From Tubulanus polymorphus (Eukaryota > Animalia > Nemertea), in assembly GCF_964204645.1 (NCBI RefSeq), contig NC_134028.1, forward strand, positions 10,354,001-10,418,000: a stretch of DNA of 64,000 nt, in the 5' to 3' direction. This document shows, piece by piece, positions 12,715-24,559 of this stretch (its first letter is position 1; each line of letters begins with the position of its first letter). The position numbers were made by a program, and so were the translations under genes. The notes beneath the pieces are model-generated. The model searched no databases, was not told the DNA's origin, and saw only the letters and a program-made list of their open reading frames with translations.

Positions 12715-13836
12715 ATGGGGGATAAAAAAACTCCTAATACTAAAGAACAATAATTAAGAAATCTAAATTACAACCCTGAGAGTTCGGTTGATTATTCTTC
12801 TGTAAAAAATTTATGGCGCCAAATAAAACAAGATAATTTAGATAAGATAATCCCACAAAATTTAGTTAAATATAAAGATATAAATGATTTTATGTTAGAA
12901 CAACCAACATATACAACACATAAGAAAATTGTTAGAAAATATAAAACTCGTAAAACTATGGTAAGTTATGTAGATCAACAGTGGCAAGGAGATTTAATTG
13001 ATATGAAAAATGTTAAGAAAGATAATGATGATTATTGGTGGATATTGAATATAATTGATATTTTTAGTCGTTATGTATGGAGCTTCCCACTTTATAGAAA
13101 AGATGCTGCACAAACATAACATGTTTTAAGAAAATTTTTTTCGGATGATAAACTAAAACCAGAAAAAATACAATTTGATGATGGAAAAGAATTTGATAAT
13201 TCACTTGTTCATGAACTCTTAGAAAATCATAATATTAGATATTTTTCAACAAAATCGGATAAAAAAGCAGCAGTTGTTGAACGATTTAATAGAACATAAA
13301 GAACAAGAATGTGGAAATATTTTACAGCAAATAATACTTTTAAATGGATTGATGTTTTTCCAAAATTGATAGAAGGATATAATAATTCTTATCATTCTTC
13401 TATTGGAATGAAACCTATTGATGCTAGAAAACCTGAAAATGCTAAAATTGTTTGGAATAATTTATATGGGGCATTTCTTGCAGATGATTTTGGTGAACCT
13501 AAATTTAAAGTTGGTCAAAATGTTAGAATTTCTAAATATAAAAAGATATTTGATAAAGGATACGATCGAAAATTTACTAGGGAAATAGATAAAATAAAAA
13601 AGGTAATAACAACAAAATCATATGTCTTTAAATTAGGAGATTTAGATGGGGAAGAAGTTGATGGGTATTTTTATGAAGAAGAATTGAGTTTAACTACTGA
13701 AAATCTAGAACAAGAATATAAAATTGTATTAAAAACAAAAACTGTTAAAAGAAAAAAATATTCTTTAGTAAAATGGGTTGGATGGCCAGATAAATTTGAT
13801 GAATGGATATTATCAAGTAAAATTAAAAATATATAA
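12715..13836 (+). pseudogene. Retroviral-like (rve, DDE) integrase with C-terminal chromodomain
   Basis: One frame with 3 stops (12751, 13117, 13297). WQGDLIDM, IDIFSRY, QFDDGKEF, VVERFNRT, YNNSYHSSIGMKP; chromodomain LVKWVGWPDKFDEWI. Confidence 0.93.
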
Positions 13837-14460
13837 ATGAATGAGGAATTATTTATATTTGAACCTCATAATATGTTAATTTCTGGCGTAACAAATTGTG
13901 GAAAAACTTATTTTATATTAAATTTATTAGAAACTATTTATAAAAACTATTTTGATAATATAGTATTATTTTGTCCAACATATGAATTTAATCAAACTTA
14001 TGATAGAAATATTACTAGAAATTATAAATTTATTATATTAGATAGTAAAAGTTTTATTAGTAAAAATTTAACATGTGATGAATTAGATACAATGAAATCA
14101 GATGAAATTATTAGATTATTTAAGATTTATGAAACCGCGAGAACAGCTAGAATTAATGATGCGATAGCAGAAAATGTAGTAAAAGGTTATAGAAAATTAT
14201 GTAATTATATGCTGCCAATTCAAAATGAAAATAGATTATATGCTGATTTAAAAAATGATTATTTAGTTATGACTGAATTAAATAAATGGATTGGATAATT
14301 ATCATTTCAATTAGGTGGATTTATGATATTATTATCAACTGGAGTTATAACATTTTCAAATATTGAAAGTAAAAATATTTCTATAATAAATGAACAAGGT
14401 GGAAGAAGTGAAGAAAAAACCGAGAACTCCGAAACAAATTGAATGGTCTCGGCAATTAGG
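13837..14460 (+). pseudogene. 5' part of A32/FtsK-type packaging ATPase fused by deletion to the 3' part of a downstream hypothetical gene
   Basis: Walker A GVTNCGKT present. After ..FIILDSK (~14050) the sequence switches to the homologue of ORF 42043-42633; Walker B is missing here but present in the copy at 43670-44237. Confidence 0.85.
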
Positions 14461-14733
14461 AATTAAATCACAAGAATATAAAAAAAGCTGTAAAAGAAAA
14501 AATAAGTAATAAAAATGGTGAAAATATTGTTATTTCTACTCCTTCTAATAATAGAATATTTGATAAATATCTATATTTTACAGCTGGATTTGTAATTGTA
14601 TTCATTTTGATTGGGTGTAATTGGTATAAGAAATCAAATAAGATTCATGATATTAATAATTCTGAAACAACTGCTATCAAAATGAAAATACTTCTGAAAT
14701 TCCAAAATTGACAATAAAAAAAAATGGATTAAT
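14390..14733 (+). pseudogene. Small basic viral protein with TM helix
   Basis: TAAATG start; MNKVEEVKKKPRTPKQIEWSRQLG..YLYFTAGFVIVFILIGCNW; frameshifted relative to the homologue at 41760-42135. Confidence 0.55.
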
Positions 14734-15007
14734 AATTTTAAAATAAATGAAATCCATGTAAATAATGCTCATTTATATGAAATTATTAAGAGCAATAGGG
14801 AATTTAGGCTTCATTTTAGAGGGAGAGAGGTTTAGTGAGCTCGACCTCCGACCTCTGATCTGAAAGCGCCATTTTCCTAATACTAACATCAACATTTTTA
14901 ACGCTGCCGCCCATACCTGGACCTGTAGTCACCCCCGTTGATTTTGATGGAGATGTTCCAGTGGGTGAAGGGCTATTAGAATTAAGCACATTAAACACAA
15001 CGATAGA

Positions 15008-17010
15008 CAATTCAATTCAATTCAAAATTTATTGCATCCGTATAACGACAAAATTACATAGGACAGACACGGGAATAAAATATTAATACAAAGAGACACT
15101 GACAAATGATAACATAACATAAAAGGAGAGAGAAAAATTTGAGCTATTTTCAAAGAATACCACTCCCCGCCGGTCACTTTTTAAACTTGAAAATACAATC
15201 TACAATGCATAGGTCAAACTGTTATTTCAAACGACGATGCCTACCTCAACCTAGACTCAGGAGGATATCGAGTGGCAGCCAAAACCGATCGGGCAAGGCC
15301 ACACGATATACACCCAAGTCACAGTGAAGCAGACATCAGAAAAGTTCTTTCCTCGACCATGGAGGCAATAAAGTTGCAAACCAGCTTACCCACTTCAGTG
15401 TCATTTTGGTTACATGACATGATGAATTTAAATTGGTCATCATATGATAAACTCTGTAATATAGTGAAGTCAGAGATTTGGGAAAAAAAGGAATGCCTTT
15501 TTGCCCAAGTTTCGAGCAAATCTAGGAGGAAATGCGGCTCATCCTCAATCGAACAATTTTTGCAGAGGAGGCATACTCTATTTTCTATCGGGATTTTTGG
15601 TCTTTTATGACGATCCGTTTCAATTCGTAATTTGTGATTACTGACTCTTAATTTTGAAAATTCTTTGCTACGACTATAACAATTTGTGACCACGTAGTTC
15701 TCCAAACAAAAATTTGAATTGAATAGTTTAAATTTGCGCAGTTTAGGGTTTGAGACAGAGTCATTTACAAAATCATACCATTGTGATGAGTACAAGTGCA
15801 TTGCTCGTTTGCTTAGAGAAAAGGCCACTTTATTGGCAGATGCGGTACTCCCTCGGTTTTCCCAAGTGTTTTCTAGGAAGAAATGGTACAAAAGAGATCG
15901 AACACAATTCCCCCAGTTGTCATCTGTGTTGGTTTGTAGACAGTCTATGTATGACTTGTGAATAAGGCTAGCACTGTCAGAATCACAAACTCTTAACCAA
16001 TATATTATAATTAGAGGGGCAATTTTTACCAGAATGGGAAAATGACCAATGTCTCCTCTGGCTGCTGCATTTGATGTTTGTTTACCAACCCCCAAAAGAT
16101 ATTTAACATAGTTTAGATTGACTTTTTCAGCTGGGGTTACTTCGCATAGAGCGTAAAAGTTGATTGGGTTTCTTTTGTTGAAATGAAAAGCTCCCCATAC
16201 TTCACAACAGCACATTAGGATTGGTTGGATTAGATGCTCGAACAGTTTCAAGGCCGATTGAACATTGTCAGGAATATTCATTGTTTTTAGTTTAAAAAGA
16301 GCTTTTCTAGCATGATCTACAAGTCTTTCACAGGCTTTTTTTAAATTACCAGAGACGTAAAATAGGATACCAAGATAACAGTATTCCTTGACAACTTCGA
16401 TTGGCACACCATTGTAGTAATATTTTTCTGAATTAAAAAGCTTCCCTCCTCTGTTAAAGACAATTACTTTTGTTTTTTCAAGATTAACGGTAAGACCCAA
16501 TTTAGCACAATATGAAGCAAGCTTGTTAAGCGCACAATTGAGACCAGCGTTAGTTCTAGATAAAATGACTAGATCGTCTGCATACATTAGCCAGCTCAGA
16601 TCTGTATCGTGTAGCCTAACTGGATCACATTCTTTAAAAATCGAGGGCAAGTCCTGGGTAATAGATTAAATAGAAGAGGACTCAGGACACCGCCCTGCTT
16701 TACACCAACGTTGGGATTAATGAGTGCACTTAAGCCGTTATTACACTTAACCATGTATGAAACTATAGAATACATGTTATCTAAAACGCGTAAAAAATTA
16801 CCTCCAATACCTAACTTAAGCAGCTTAAAGATCAGTGCCTTTCGGTTAATGGTGTCAAAAGCTGACTTGAAATCAACAAAACAACAATACAGACGACCTT
16901 TAGCCAACTTTCTTGTGAACTTATCGATAAGGCATTTAAGAGTGAGCACATGGTCAGCAGTACGGGTGTTTTTTTGATACCCTATTTGACACTTGGGTAT
17001 AAGATTGTTG
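15008..17010 (-). mobile_element. 5'-truncated non-LTR retrotransposon (CR1/L2 group, Crack/Daphne-like), RT-encoding ORF2 3' half
   Basis: FVDFKSAFD, QGGVLSPLLF, YADD; C-terminal CLLC..EDEPHFL; one frameshift near 16660; 3' end AATAAA plus (TTGAA)n tail. Confidence 0.9.
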
Positions 17011-17056
17011 GCCTGTGCCAACAATCTGATATAAAAGTCAAAACTGTAAAAGAAAC

Positions 17057-17327
17057 GAAACTCATTCATAGGAAATAATATTCTAAAAACCGGACAGTAT
17101 TTTCTTGTCAGACGTTTGGAACAAGGCGTCAAATTCATCCTGTTGTGCAAATCTTATTTCATTAGATTACACGTGAGTAGCAAATTATAATTAGGAAAAT
17201 CAAATCTGATTTAACAAGATAAATTCGCCTAAGATTAGCACAACGATGAATTTGACGCCTGTTCCAAACGGCTGACAAGAAAATACTGTCCCGCTTTTTT
17301 AAATATGGTTTCCTATGAATGAGTTTC
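17057..17327. mobile_element. MITE-like fold-back element
   Basis: ~100-bp imperfect inverted arms (17057-17156 versus 17230-17327). Confidence 0.7.
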
Positions 17328-17501
17328 ACAGGTTCCTCTTTTAGCTTTGACCATGATTTATATCAGTTTTGCGAAAATATTTGGAGATGGTGCGGTTCCT
17401 GTATTGTTTGTAAATCACAATGAGCAATAAAGTTTTGAATTGACTTGAATTGGTACACCACGCCGCAGTGGCGCTACATGTCACATAATCCCCTAAAACA
17501 T

Positions 17502-18537
17502 GGCGCGATCTAATACGTACCCGCTGGAATGACGGTCTATATTTAGTAACAAAGCACATGTATTTCCGGTGACTGAAAACACGTTGTTTCCGGATTTCTC
17601 GTAATGTCATCGGGTTCGAGTCCCAGCAGAGGGAGAATGTAAACACTTGAGTATTTAATGAATGTCTTGTCAATGTTTTATTTTGTCGATTTATTACATG
17701 AATCCTATAAATGTTATATATGGTGCAAAAATATAAGTTCAAGTTCATCAATGAAACATCTAAAGTCAGTGGGTTTATATTTAAGCTCTACGGACAGTCT
17801 ACGAGATTCACGTCAATGAACATCGTTTCCTGCAGAAAACTAACTTCTTGTAAATCATTCATAAAGAAATACGATGACGAAAATTGTAATTGAGAGCCCT
17901 TAAATAGCATGGAGTTTCACAAAAATTACTGATGATAAGCTAATGACAAAACCTTCATATTTTGAATTTTTTCGACAATGATTAAGTATTACTTCTGAAA
18001 CCTTATCAATCATGCACAAGAGGAGCTAAGGCAGAAGGTGAGCTCGGTGATATCACTCTTTAAAAAAGAAATTGAAGGAATTTTACCAAATTCACATTAA
18101 CTAACAAAACATATCGAAAAGATAGAGCAACTTCGATACCGGTATGAAATTAGTACCATTGTAGGTTTTTTGATTGGTTTTTCAAATGTAATTAAGGATT
18201 TATTGGAATTCATTGCGAACTTTTGGACATTCAGTTTGAATTTTCTTCAAATTCAAAAAAGTCGGTCTGAAACCGTTTTGTGTAAGTAGCCAATCAAAAA
18301 GGGAAGACATTTTCGTCGATGATTTCAGAAAACTTATTCATGTCTAGACGAAATAATTGTGCTGTATAATTATTGATATAAAAGTTTTATATTTTTTCAT
18401 TTCTGATATAAGAAATGATTCGATCGGGTGGGATTCGAAACCGCCTTCAATATTTTAGATGCTGGTGTTATTGTTATGATTTGTTTTGTTTACATCCGGG
18501 CTACTGTCATTCCAGCGGGTACGTATTAGATCGCACC
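17502..18537. mobile_element. Non-autonomous Mutator(MULE)-like TIR element
   Basis: 35-bp TIRs GG(C/T)GCGATCTAATACGTACCCGCTGGAATGAC(G/A)GT; 9-bp target duplication CTAAAACAT at 17493-17501 and 18538-18546. Confidence 0.82.
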
Positions 18538-18544
18538 CTAAAAC

Positions 18545-18686
18545 ATGGCTCGCAGAGTAACACAAACAGTAGACAAAAATATATTGAAACAATATATAAA
18601 ACAAGCACCACCGGGTTACAGGTATAACCCAGCTTTACCATTGCAGTTAGCGGATAAAGTATCCAGTAGAGGGGACCCTAGAAATA
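18545..18686 (+). CDS. CHCHD1: CHCHD1 / mitoribosomal protein mS37, coding exon 1
   Basis: MARRVTQ...YNPALPLQLADKVSSRGDPRN, then GTAAGT donor (phase 1). Splices in frame to exons 2 and 3 to give 124 aa. Confidence 0.85.
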
Positions 18687-18723
18687 GTAAGTAGCGCAAA
18701 AACCTAGGCCTAAATATTTATTC

Positions 18724-20221
18724 AAAGTGGCTATTCGTACGGACCCGTACGGATTATTCCGGGAGCTATTCGTACGGACCTGTTCAATTTCAATTTATTC
18801 ATGTTTATTCATCATAAATCAAGAGTACGATTGTGAATGAAGAAAAAAACATAACAAATTCTGTATTATTCGTATGGTATATGCTATTCGTATGGACCAC
18901 TCCGAAAGCTATCAGAGTTGTAATGTAGGTAATTAAACGATAATCTGTTAATCCAATGTATATGTTACAAGGGGGCTAACGACGCGCACAAACTACTCAA
19001 CGTCAGTCGCTTACTATTTCGTTATTTCTCATCCGATTTTGATAATCCAGGCATGATATGAAAGCTAATAGCTTACTGATTCTAACGAAACTAATCCTGT
19101 TAACTTCCAATGAATAGTTCATTAATTATATGTCTTTGAACGCGAAATTAGGGCCAAAATCGCCTGGACCGAAAATGCTATGACGCCGGTTTTTGCCGAT
19201 TTCGAAATTTAAAACGTTGAGTTCGACATGAAATCCTTCACCGATTTTGATGATCGAGGGCTTCAAATGCGCAAAACATTCTATATTTTCTAAATATTGC
19301 GGTTGTTTCGTTAATCCATGCGATCTTCCAGCTTTGCAAATGCGAATTTTCCGATTTTAAAATATGACTCCAGCAGGCATTTATTACCGATATAATATGA
19401 TTTCAATTGTTAAAATCGATAAGCAATAAATAGATATGTTATATTTCATTTCATCTCGGTAAAATACGTCATCTCGGTAATAAGGATGACCGTTCTGACG
19501 ATAACACATAATTCTATTCTGACGGACCTCGCTACACGTAAATAGAATGTCCGTACGGATAACACATAATTCTATTCTGACGGACCTCGCTATGTGAAGA
19601 GAATGTCCGTACGGATAACACATAATTCTATTCTGACGACCTCGCTATGTGAAGAGAATGTCCGTACGGATAACACATAATTCTATTCTGACGGACCTCG
19701 CTACGTGAAGAGAATGTCCGTACGGATAACACATAATTCTATTCTGACGGACCTCGCTCCGTAAATAGAATGTCCGTACGGATAGGCCTAACACATAAAT
19801 TCTATTCTGGCGGACCTCGCTACGTGAAGAGAATGTCCATACGGATAGGGGCCTAACACATTTTCTATTCTGACGGACCGCAATCAGATTGACTATGTCC
19901 TCCGTAGTACGGTTCCTTTTTTTAAGATAACAACATTTTTGTGTTTAAATGCAGGTTTTTTATCATAAAGTATCACAAATGAAATAAATCAACAAAGATT
20001 TCTACAATTTACAATAATTTATACAACAGCACCAAAGAAATGATTAAAACTACTTTACATGAATAACAATTATTTTTTTCAAGTTTAAAATAGAACATTT
20101 TAAGGCCTATAGCATATACATATGCGCGGTAGTCCGTTGGTTCCGTACGAATAGCCTCCGGAGTAATCCGTACGAATAGCTTCCGGAATAATCCGTACGG
20201 GTCCGTATGAATAGCCACTTC
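18724..20221. mobile_element. Non-autonomous TIR element with internal minisatellite (CHCHD1 intron 1)
   Basis: ~55-bp TIRs AAAGTGGCTATTCGTACGGACCCGTACGGATTATTCCGG.. at both ends. Confidence 0.75.
19490..19880. repeat. Tandem repeat, ~56-bp unit, ~7 copies
   Basis: Repeated GGATAACACATAATTCTATTCTGACGGACCTCGCTACGTGAAGAGAATGTCCGTAC. Confidence 0.9.
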
Positions 20222-20672
20222 GATATTTATTTATTTCATTTGACCTTTTGGTCTCTGCAGTTTGGGTCACCTCTCCACTGGCAGTGGGTGGCGCTAGTGT
20301 TATTAAAGAATAGTGTTATGGTTAATCGTTGATGGTAAGCTTTTTTTAATCAGATCGGCTTATACCAACGTTAGGGATGACAAGGGCCAAAACACCACAG
20401 GGTTCTGAAAAAAAATTTTTGACCCCAGTATCCTAGGTACTATATATAAAAAACAAAGTGGCTATATTTACGGCATCGTGAAGCAGTCGTAAATTCTATA
20501 TTTACGACGGTTTTATATTGAATATAGGATTATGGTCTAGAGTGGAGAGGATTAAAGTCAAGAGGGTGAGAAGAGGGTTAGGGTTAGGGTAAAGAGTCCT
20601 ATTTACCCCATAGGGATAAGATTAGGGTAAGGTGAGGCTATATTTAGTTGAAACATTTGACCGGTTTCCAAC

Positions 20673-20738
20673 GAGCTCGGTGGTCTAGTGGTATTATGCT
20701 GCGCTAGTAGGGCTACTGGCCCGGGTTCGAGTCTCGCT
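20673..20738 (+). repeat. tRNA-derived (SINE-head-like) segment within a small repeat element
   Basis: A-box TGGTCTAGTGG and B-box-like GGTTCGAGTCT, but no clean cloverleaf; preceded by TTAGGG-like repeats. Confidence 0.5.
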
Positions 20739-22395
20739 CTATCCGCTCTATTTTCTCTCGATTCTCCACACTTGCCTTGAATTTTCTAAGTCACGCACCC
20801 TAGTGCGCGTGCGCAACGTGAATTAGCCAATCAGAATGAATCATCGTAAATATAGCTAGTGTCGTCTGTTTACGGCGTCGTAAAAATTGTCTGAGCGTAT
20901 AAAAAAACAAGGGAGCCAACTCTCCGTCAGATCGGTTGATAGGTATGTCACTTGTCACTATATAACTCGTACTTCATAAGTCGTATTTTCATATAAGTCG
21001 TATCAATTTTAGAAGCCAAATCTTCTGATTCCATTCAAAATACACCGCGTTTACAAGTCGTAGCCCGAAATGCCGGCAGCAGATAAAAATACGCTAAAAT
21101 ATTGTCAGTGTAAGTGTTCAGACAGTTACAATGTAATTTTCTTGTGACGTTGTCTGCATGGTGCACGTGGCAGCTTTAATTGATTGATTGAGTGATATAG
21201 GATCTGTAGGATCTGCTCATGATACGATCGGGAACATGACGAACCATGCTGGAATCTGAGCGTCGTATATATCGTGTTTTCACGGGTTATTCAGGGAATT
21301 TGTATAAAACCACGACTTATAAATAACTCGTAAAAATACAACTTACACGTAACTCGTACATCACGTAAGTTGTAGTAAAATCGTCAGTCCCGAGGACTAC
21401 GACTTATGTGGGGTTGACTGTAGTCGGTAACCTGACTGTGGTTTAGTTTCACGATCGAATATTTTCACAAACCACAGTCAGGAATGGGAAGGTCATTTTT
21501 CAATGATATCTTCGTGAGTCAATTTGACTCACGAGTAATTTGCCTGGCATTTTCTGGTCTTTTGAGATATCCGTCTAATTTTTGTTGTAATCAACGCACA
21601 ACAGATTCGTAGTTTGTTTGATACCTATAACACCTCACCTGACGATCTTAATCCATGTGCAAATCGGCTGTAAAGTGAGAGTAAATTTCCGTCAATTCAA
21701 CGGCGGCCATTTTGAAAACTTGTGGAGGGTGCTGGCACCTGTGGACTGAGGCCAGGACCAATTGAAAATACTTTATTGACACTAATAACACAAACACAAA
21801 CTAACGAAACGAAACGACAAAATTGAAAAAAATTAAGAAATCAACACTTATTTACATTTTTCTTCAACCAGAATTTATTTTATTTATTATTTATTATGGA
21901 AAACACAAAGATTTGAAATATAAGTTGGAAAACTATCAAAAATAAAAATTATCGTTTCGTTTTGGAAGTTTTATATAAATCCTTGTAGGTCACCTTGTCT
22001 ATCATGCCACATGTATGCAATACACAGAAATGGTAGCTAATGGCGAAATTTGTAGAGAAATGAATTAATTTCTCAAAATAATGTTGATTAATCACTCGAA
22101 ACATACATAAAATTGGATTATTTCAAAAGGTACCTGTGTTAGTTTGTGAATTAAGCCATTAATTATGGACTGAAGTCAATAGAAAGCATATTTTTGAAGT
22201 GTTACTTTTTTCAACCGTGTTTTGGCCCTTGTCATCCCTAACGTTGGTATTAGCCCATCCGATTATAAAAAGCTTACCACCAACGATTAGGTAACTAACT
22301 AGGTTGACTGTAGCTTCAAAAGACACTTTCTTCTGTTCTTCAGTTGTTAGTGATTCTGCTGCTGATTGACCAATGTTTTCTTCATATATTTCCAG

Positions 22396-22514
22396 AGCCA
22401 ATCTGCATTCACGACCTATCAGTGTTATTATCGTGTTGGAAGTCGAACGACTATAATCAATCATTATGTTCAAAAGAACTACAGACTTTTAATAAATGCT
22501 GGGACGATGCCATT
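22396..22514 (+). CDS. CHCHD1: CHCHD1 exon 2 (twin CX9C domain)
   Basis: TTTCCAG acceptor, GTAAGT donor; PICIHDLSVLLSCWKSNDYNQSLCSKELQTFNKC matches the CHCHD1 Cx9C-WK-Cx9C pattern. Confidence 0.92.
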
Positions 22515-24114
22515 GTAAGTAATCAAACAGTTCCCTGGTCTCGCCAGCTCCCTGTCTGTGTACTTATGAAAACACGATTGTACTGTGTAAATTATAGGAA
22601 ATTGAATGAGCTTACTGCGAAAAAAAACAATGCCTGGAAACTGATATTAATAGTCTGAATGCCTCTGCTGATTCATTGGCTGATGAAAGTATAAACTCAG
22701 CTCATTTTAAAATCTGTGACCATGAAAAATTTGGCTTAAGACAAGTTACATGAGTTGGCGATGTAATTTCAGCCATCGATGCTCGAAAGGAGCAAATAAA
22801 TCAATTGTAAATAGGTCGATGAGCTGTGATTTAAATTTGTAATGTTTACTTTTGATAGTATGGCTTTTCACAGTCTGCGGAACTGGGGCGTTTGGGGCGT
22901 TATTGGCCTGACCAATATTTTACTATTTAATTTGGTTGTTCCTTTTTAATTTTATCCCTGCCCACCTCTGAGTAAGATGCGTTTAAGGCTTCAGAACCTA
23001 TAGGGTAGTGTGTCTATGCGAAGTGAAAACAAGCGGTAGTAGGACCAAATTGAATAAGCTTCCACCGCCATTGCTTTTTGATGGCGAGGTCTACCTGTAG
23101 TTCCGTTGAAAGGCCCACGGACTGCTTGTTTTAAAGTTATTAATTTCTGAGACATGTAGTAAATCTTTCCTCGAAAAAAGCTGAAAGATTCCAAATTTAT
23201 CTAGTGCTCTGCTACACAGGAATATTTCTTTATGATGATTTGCGTGTATACTTCTTTTAAATTTCTGCAATAAAGGAATTTTCATGACAATAAATTCGCC
23301 TTAATGCAGCTATCATTCTGCTGTCTGTACCTACCCCCCTGAGACGATAAATGTCAACTTTTTTGATGAATCGACGATCAGTTTTTGTAAGCATGGCGAA
23401 AGCCTGTCGATAACATGCGTAAGGATGCGTCGTTTGGATGTCTAATGTCTCGCATTATGAACTAGGGCCGAATGGCGAATGTCTGTCGATATATTGCCAT
23501 TGAAATGACGATCTGTCTGATTTTAAAATAATGTCAATAATATTTTTGAATTGAATTATGAACAGGATTCGAACCATACATACATGTGATAACTATCGAT
23601 TTGTGAAAAAATATACAGTTACGCAAATGAGTGTGAAGTTTGCCATTGTATCAAATTAGGTATTTTACCACCTGCCCTTCATCCTATAAATACAAGAAAC
23701 GTTACGTATTTTTCATCATCTCATCACTGGGAACAAAAAAAACCTCAGTCTAAGTGAAAAAGCTGATGAGCGCTACAATGTTTGAAATAACTTCATTGAG
23801 ATGGACACAATACAATGTGAGGCCAAATGGTTAAATATTTATTGGTGAAATTGACAACTTATGTTTCCTATTGTCCCTTCTGTAAGTACCACAACAAAAT
23901 GTAAACTTGTCCATGTCCATCTCTTATGAATTTTCACAATTTTCCAATTTCTTCAAATTGAATAATCTGAGGCTTGGGTTTCAAACTTTATAATAGTCTG
24001 AATGCACGGCTGCCAATGTCTGCCAATCAAGAGTTTGCTACGGTAACACCAGTAGAACGTGGTGAAAAAACTACTCTTGAGCGTTGGTCTCATTCCGGTA
24101 CTCCGCCGAAGAGT

Positions 24115-24328
24115 CAATCGAATACGCTCATAATCAATTTCACTCTGGTGTTCCGTTAGAATGCCAATCGAATACGCTCATAATCAATTTCACTCCGGTG
24201 TTCCGATGGAATGCCAATCGAATACGCTCATAATCAATTGCACTCTGGTGTTCCGTTAGCATGCCAATCGAATACGCTCATAATCAATTTCACTCTGATG
24301 TTCCCTTAGAATGCCAATCGAATACGCC
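24115..24328. repeat. Tandem repeat, 50-bp unit, ~4.3 copies
   Basis: CAATCGAATACGCTCATAATCAATTTCACTCTGGTGTTCCGTTAGAATGC at 50-bp spacing. Confidence 0.92.
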
Positions 24329-24559
24329 CAATTCAATTTTGTCATTGTTAAATCCTATCCACAGGATGGTAGTCTTTGGCGTGTGCGCATGTGGAGTTAT
24401 CAATAAGCGATCATGAAATGTGATAGTCGGGGGTTGGATTTAGTGTACACTTGTTAACGTGACTGAATTGAATGTCAAGTTGTCTGATTTTTCTGTAAAA
24501 GAATCGAATCCTGATGATGATGAAGGCGAATCGGAAGGTGAAGTAACTGGGATGAATAG

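Larger units (their letters stand above)
1..14760 (+). mobile_element. Endogenous Polinton/Maverick-like virus, copy 1 (degraded; left end outside window, right end not defined)
   Basis: Compact, intronless, very AT-rich block with pPolB, minor and major capsid, rve integrase and A32 ATPase genes, the canonical Polinton core set. Many stops and frameshifts. No terminal inverted repeat visible. Confidence 0.93.

Noticed and set aside
1-14760. Alternative genetic code or programmed frameshifting explaining the broken viral ORFs
   Set aside because: Lesions are a mix of TAA, TGA and indels at positions that differ between copies, which fits neutral decay; some homopolymer indels may be sequencing errors.
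15139-16977. Plus-strand ORFs overlapping the LINE, and similar antisense ORFs over the C2H2, hAT and viral genes
   Set aside because: Shadow frames of real genes on the opposite strand, with no recognisable motifs.
19490-19880. CRISPR-like periodic repeat
   Set aside because: Whole units repeat with no unique spacers, there are no cas genes, and it lies inside a TIR element in a eukaryotic intron.
20574-20632. Interstitial telomere (TTAGGG)
   Set aside because: Only two or three units, inside a small repeat element.
20673-20738. Functional tRNA gene
   Set aside because: A and B boxes are present but the acceptor and anticodon stems do not pair convincingly; embedded in a repeat.
24115-24328. 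CRISPR-like 50-bp periodic repeat
   Set aside because: Simple minisatellite with no variable spacers.
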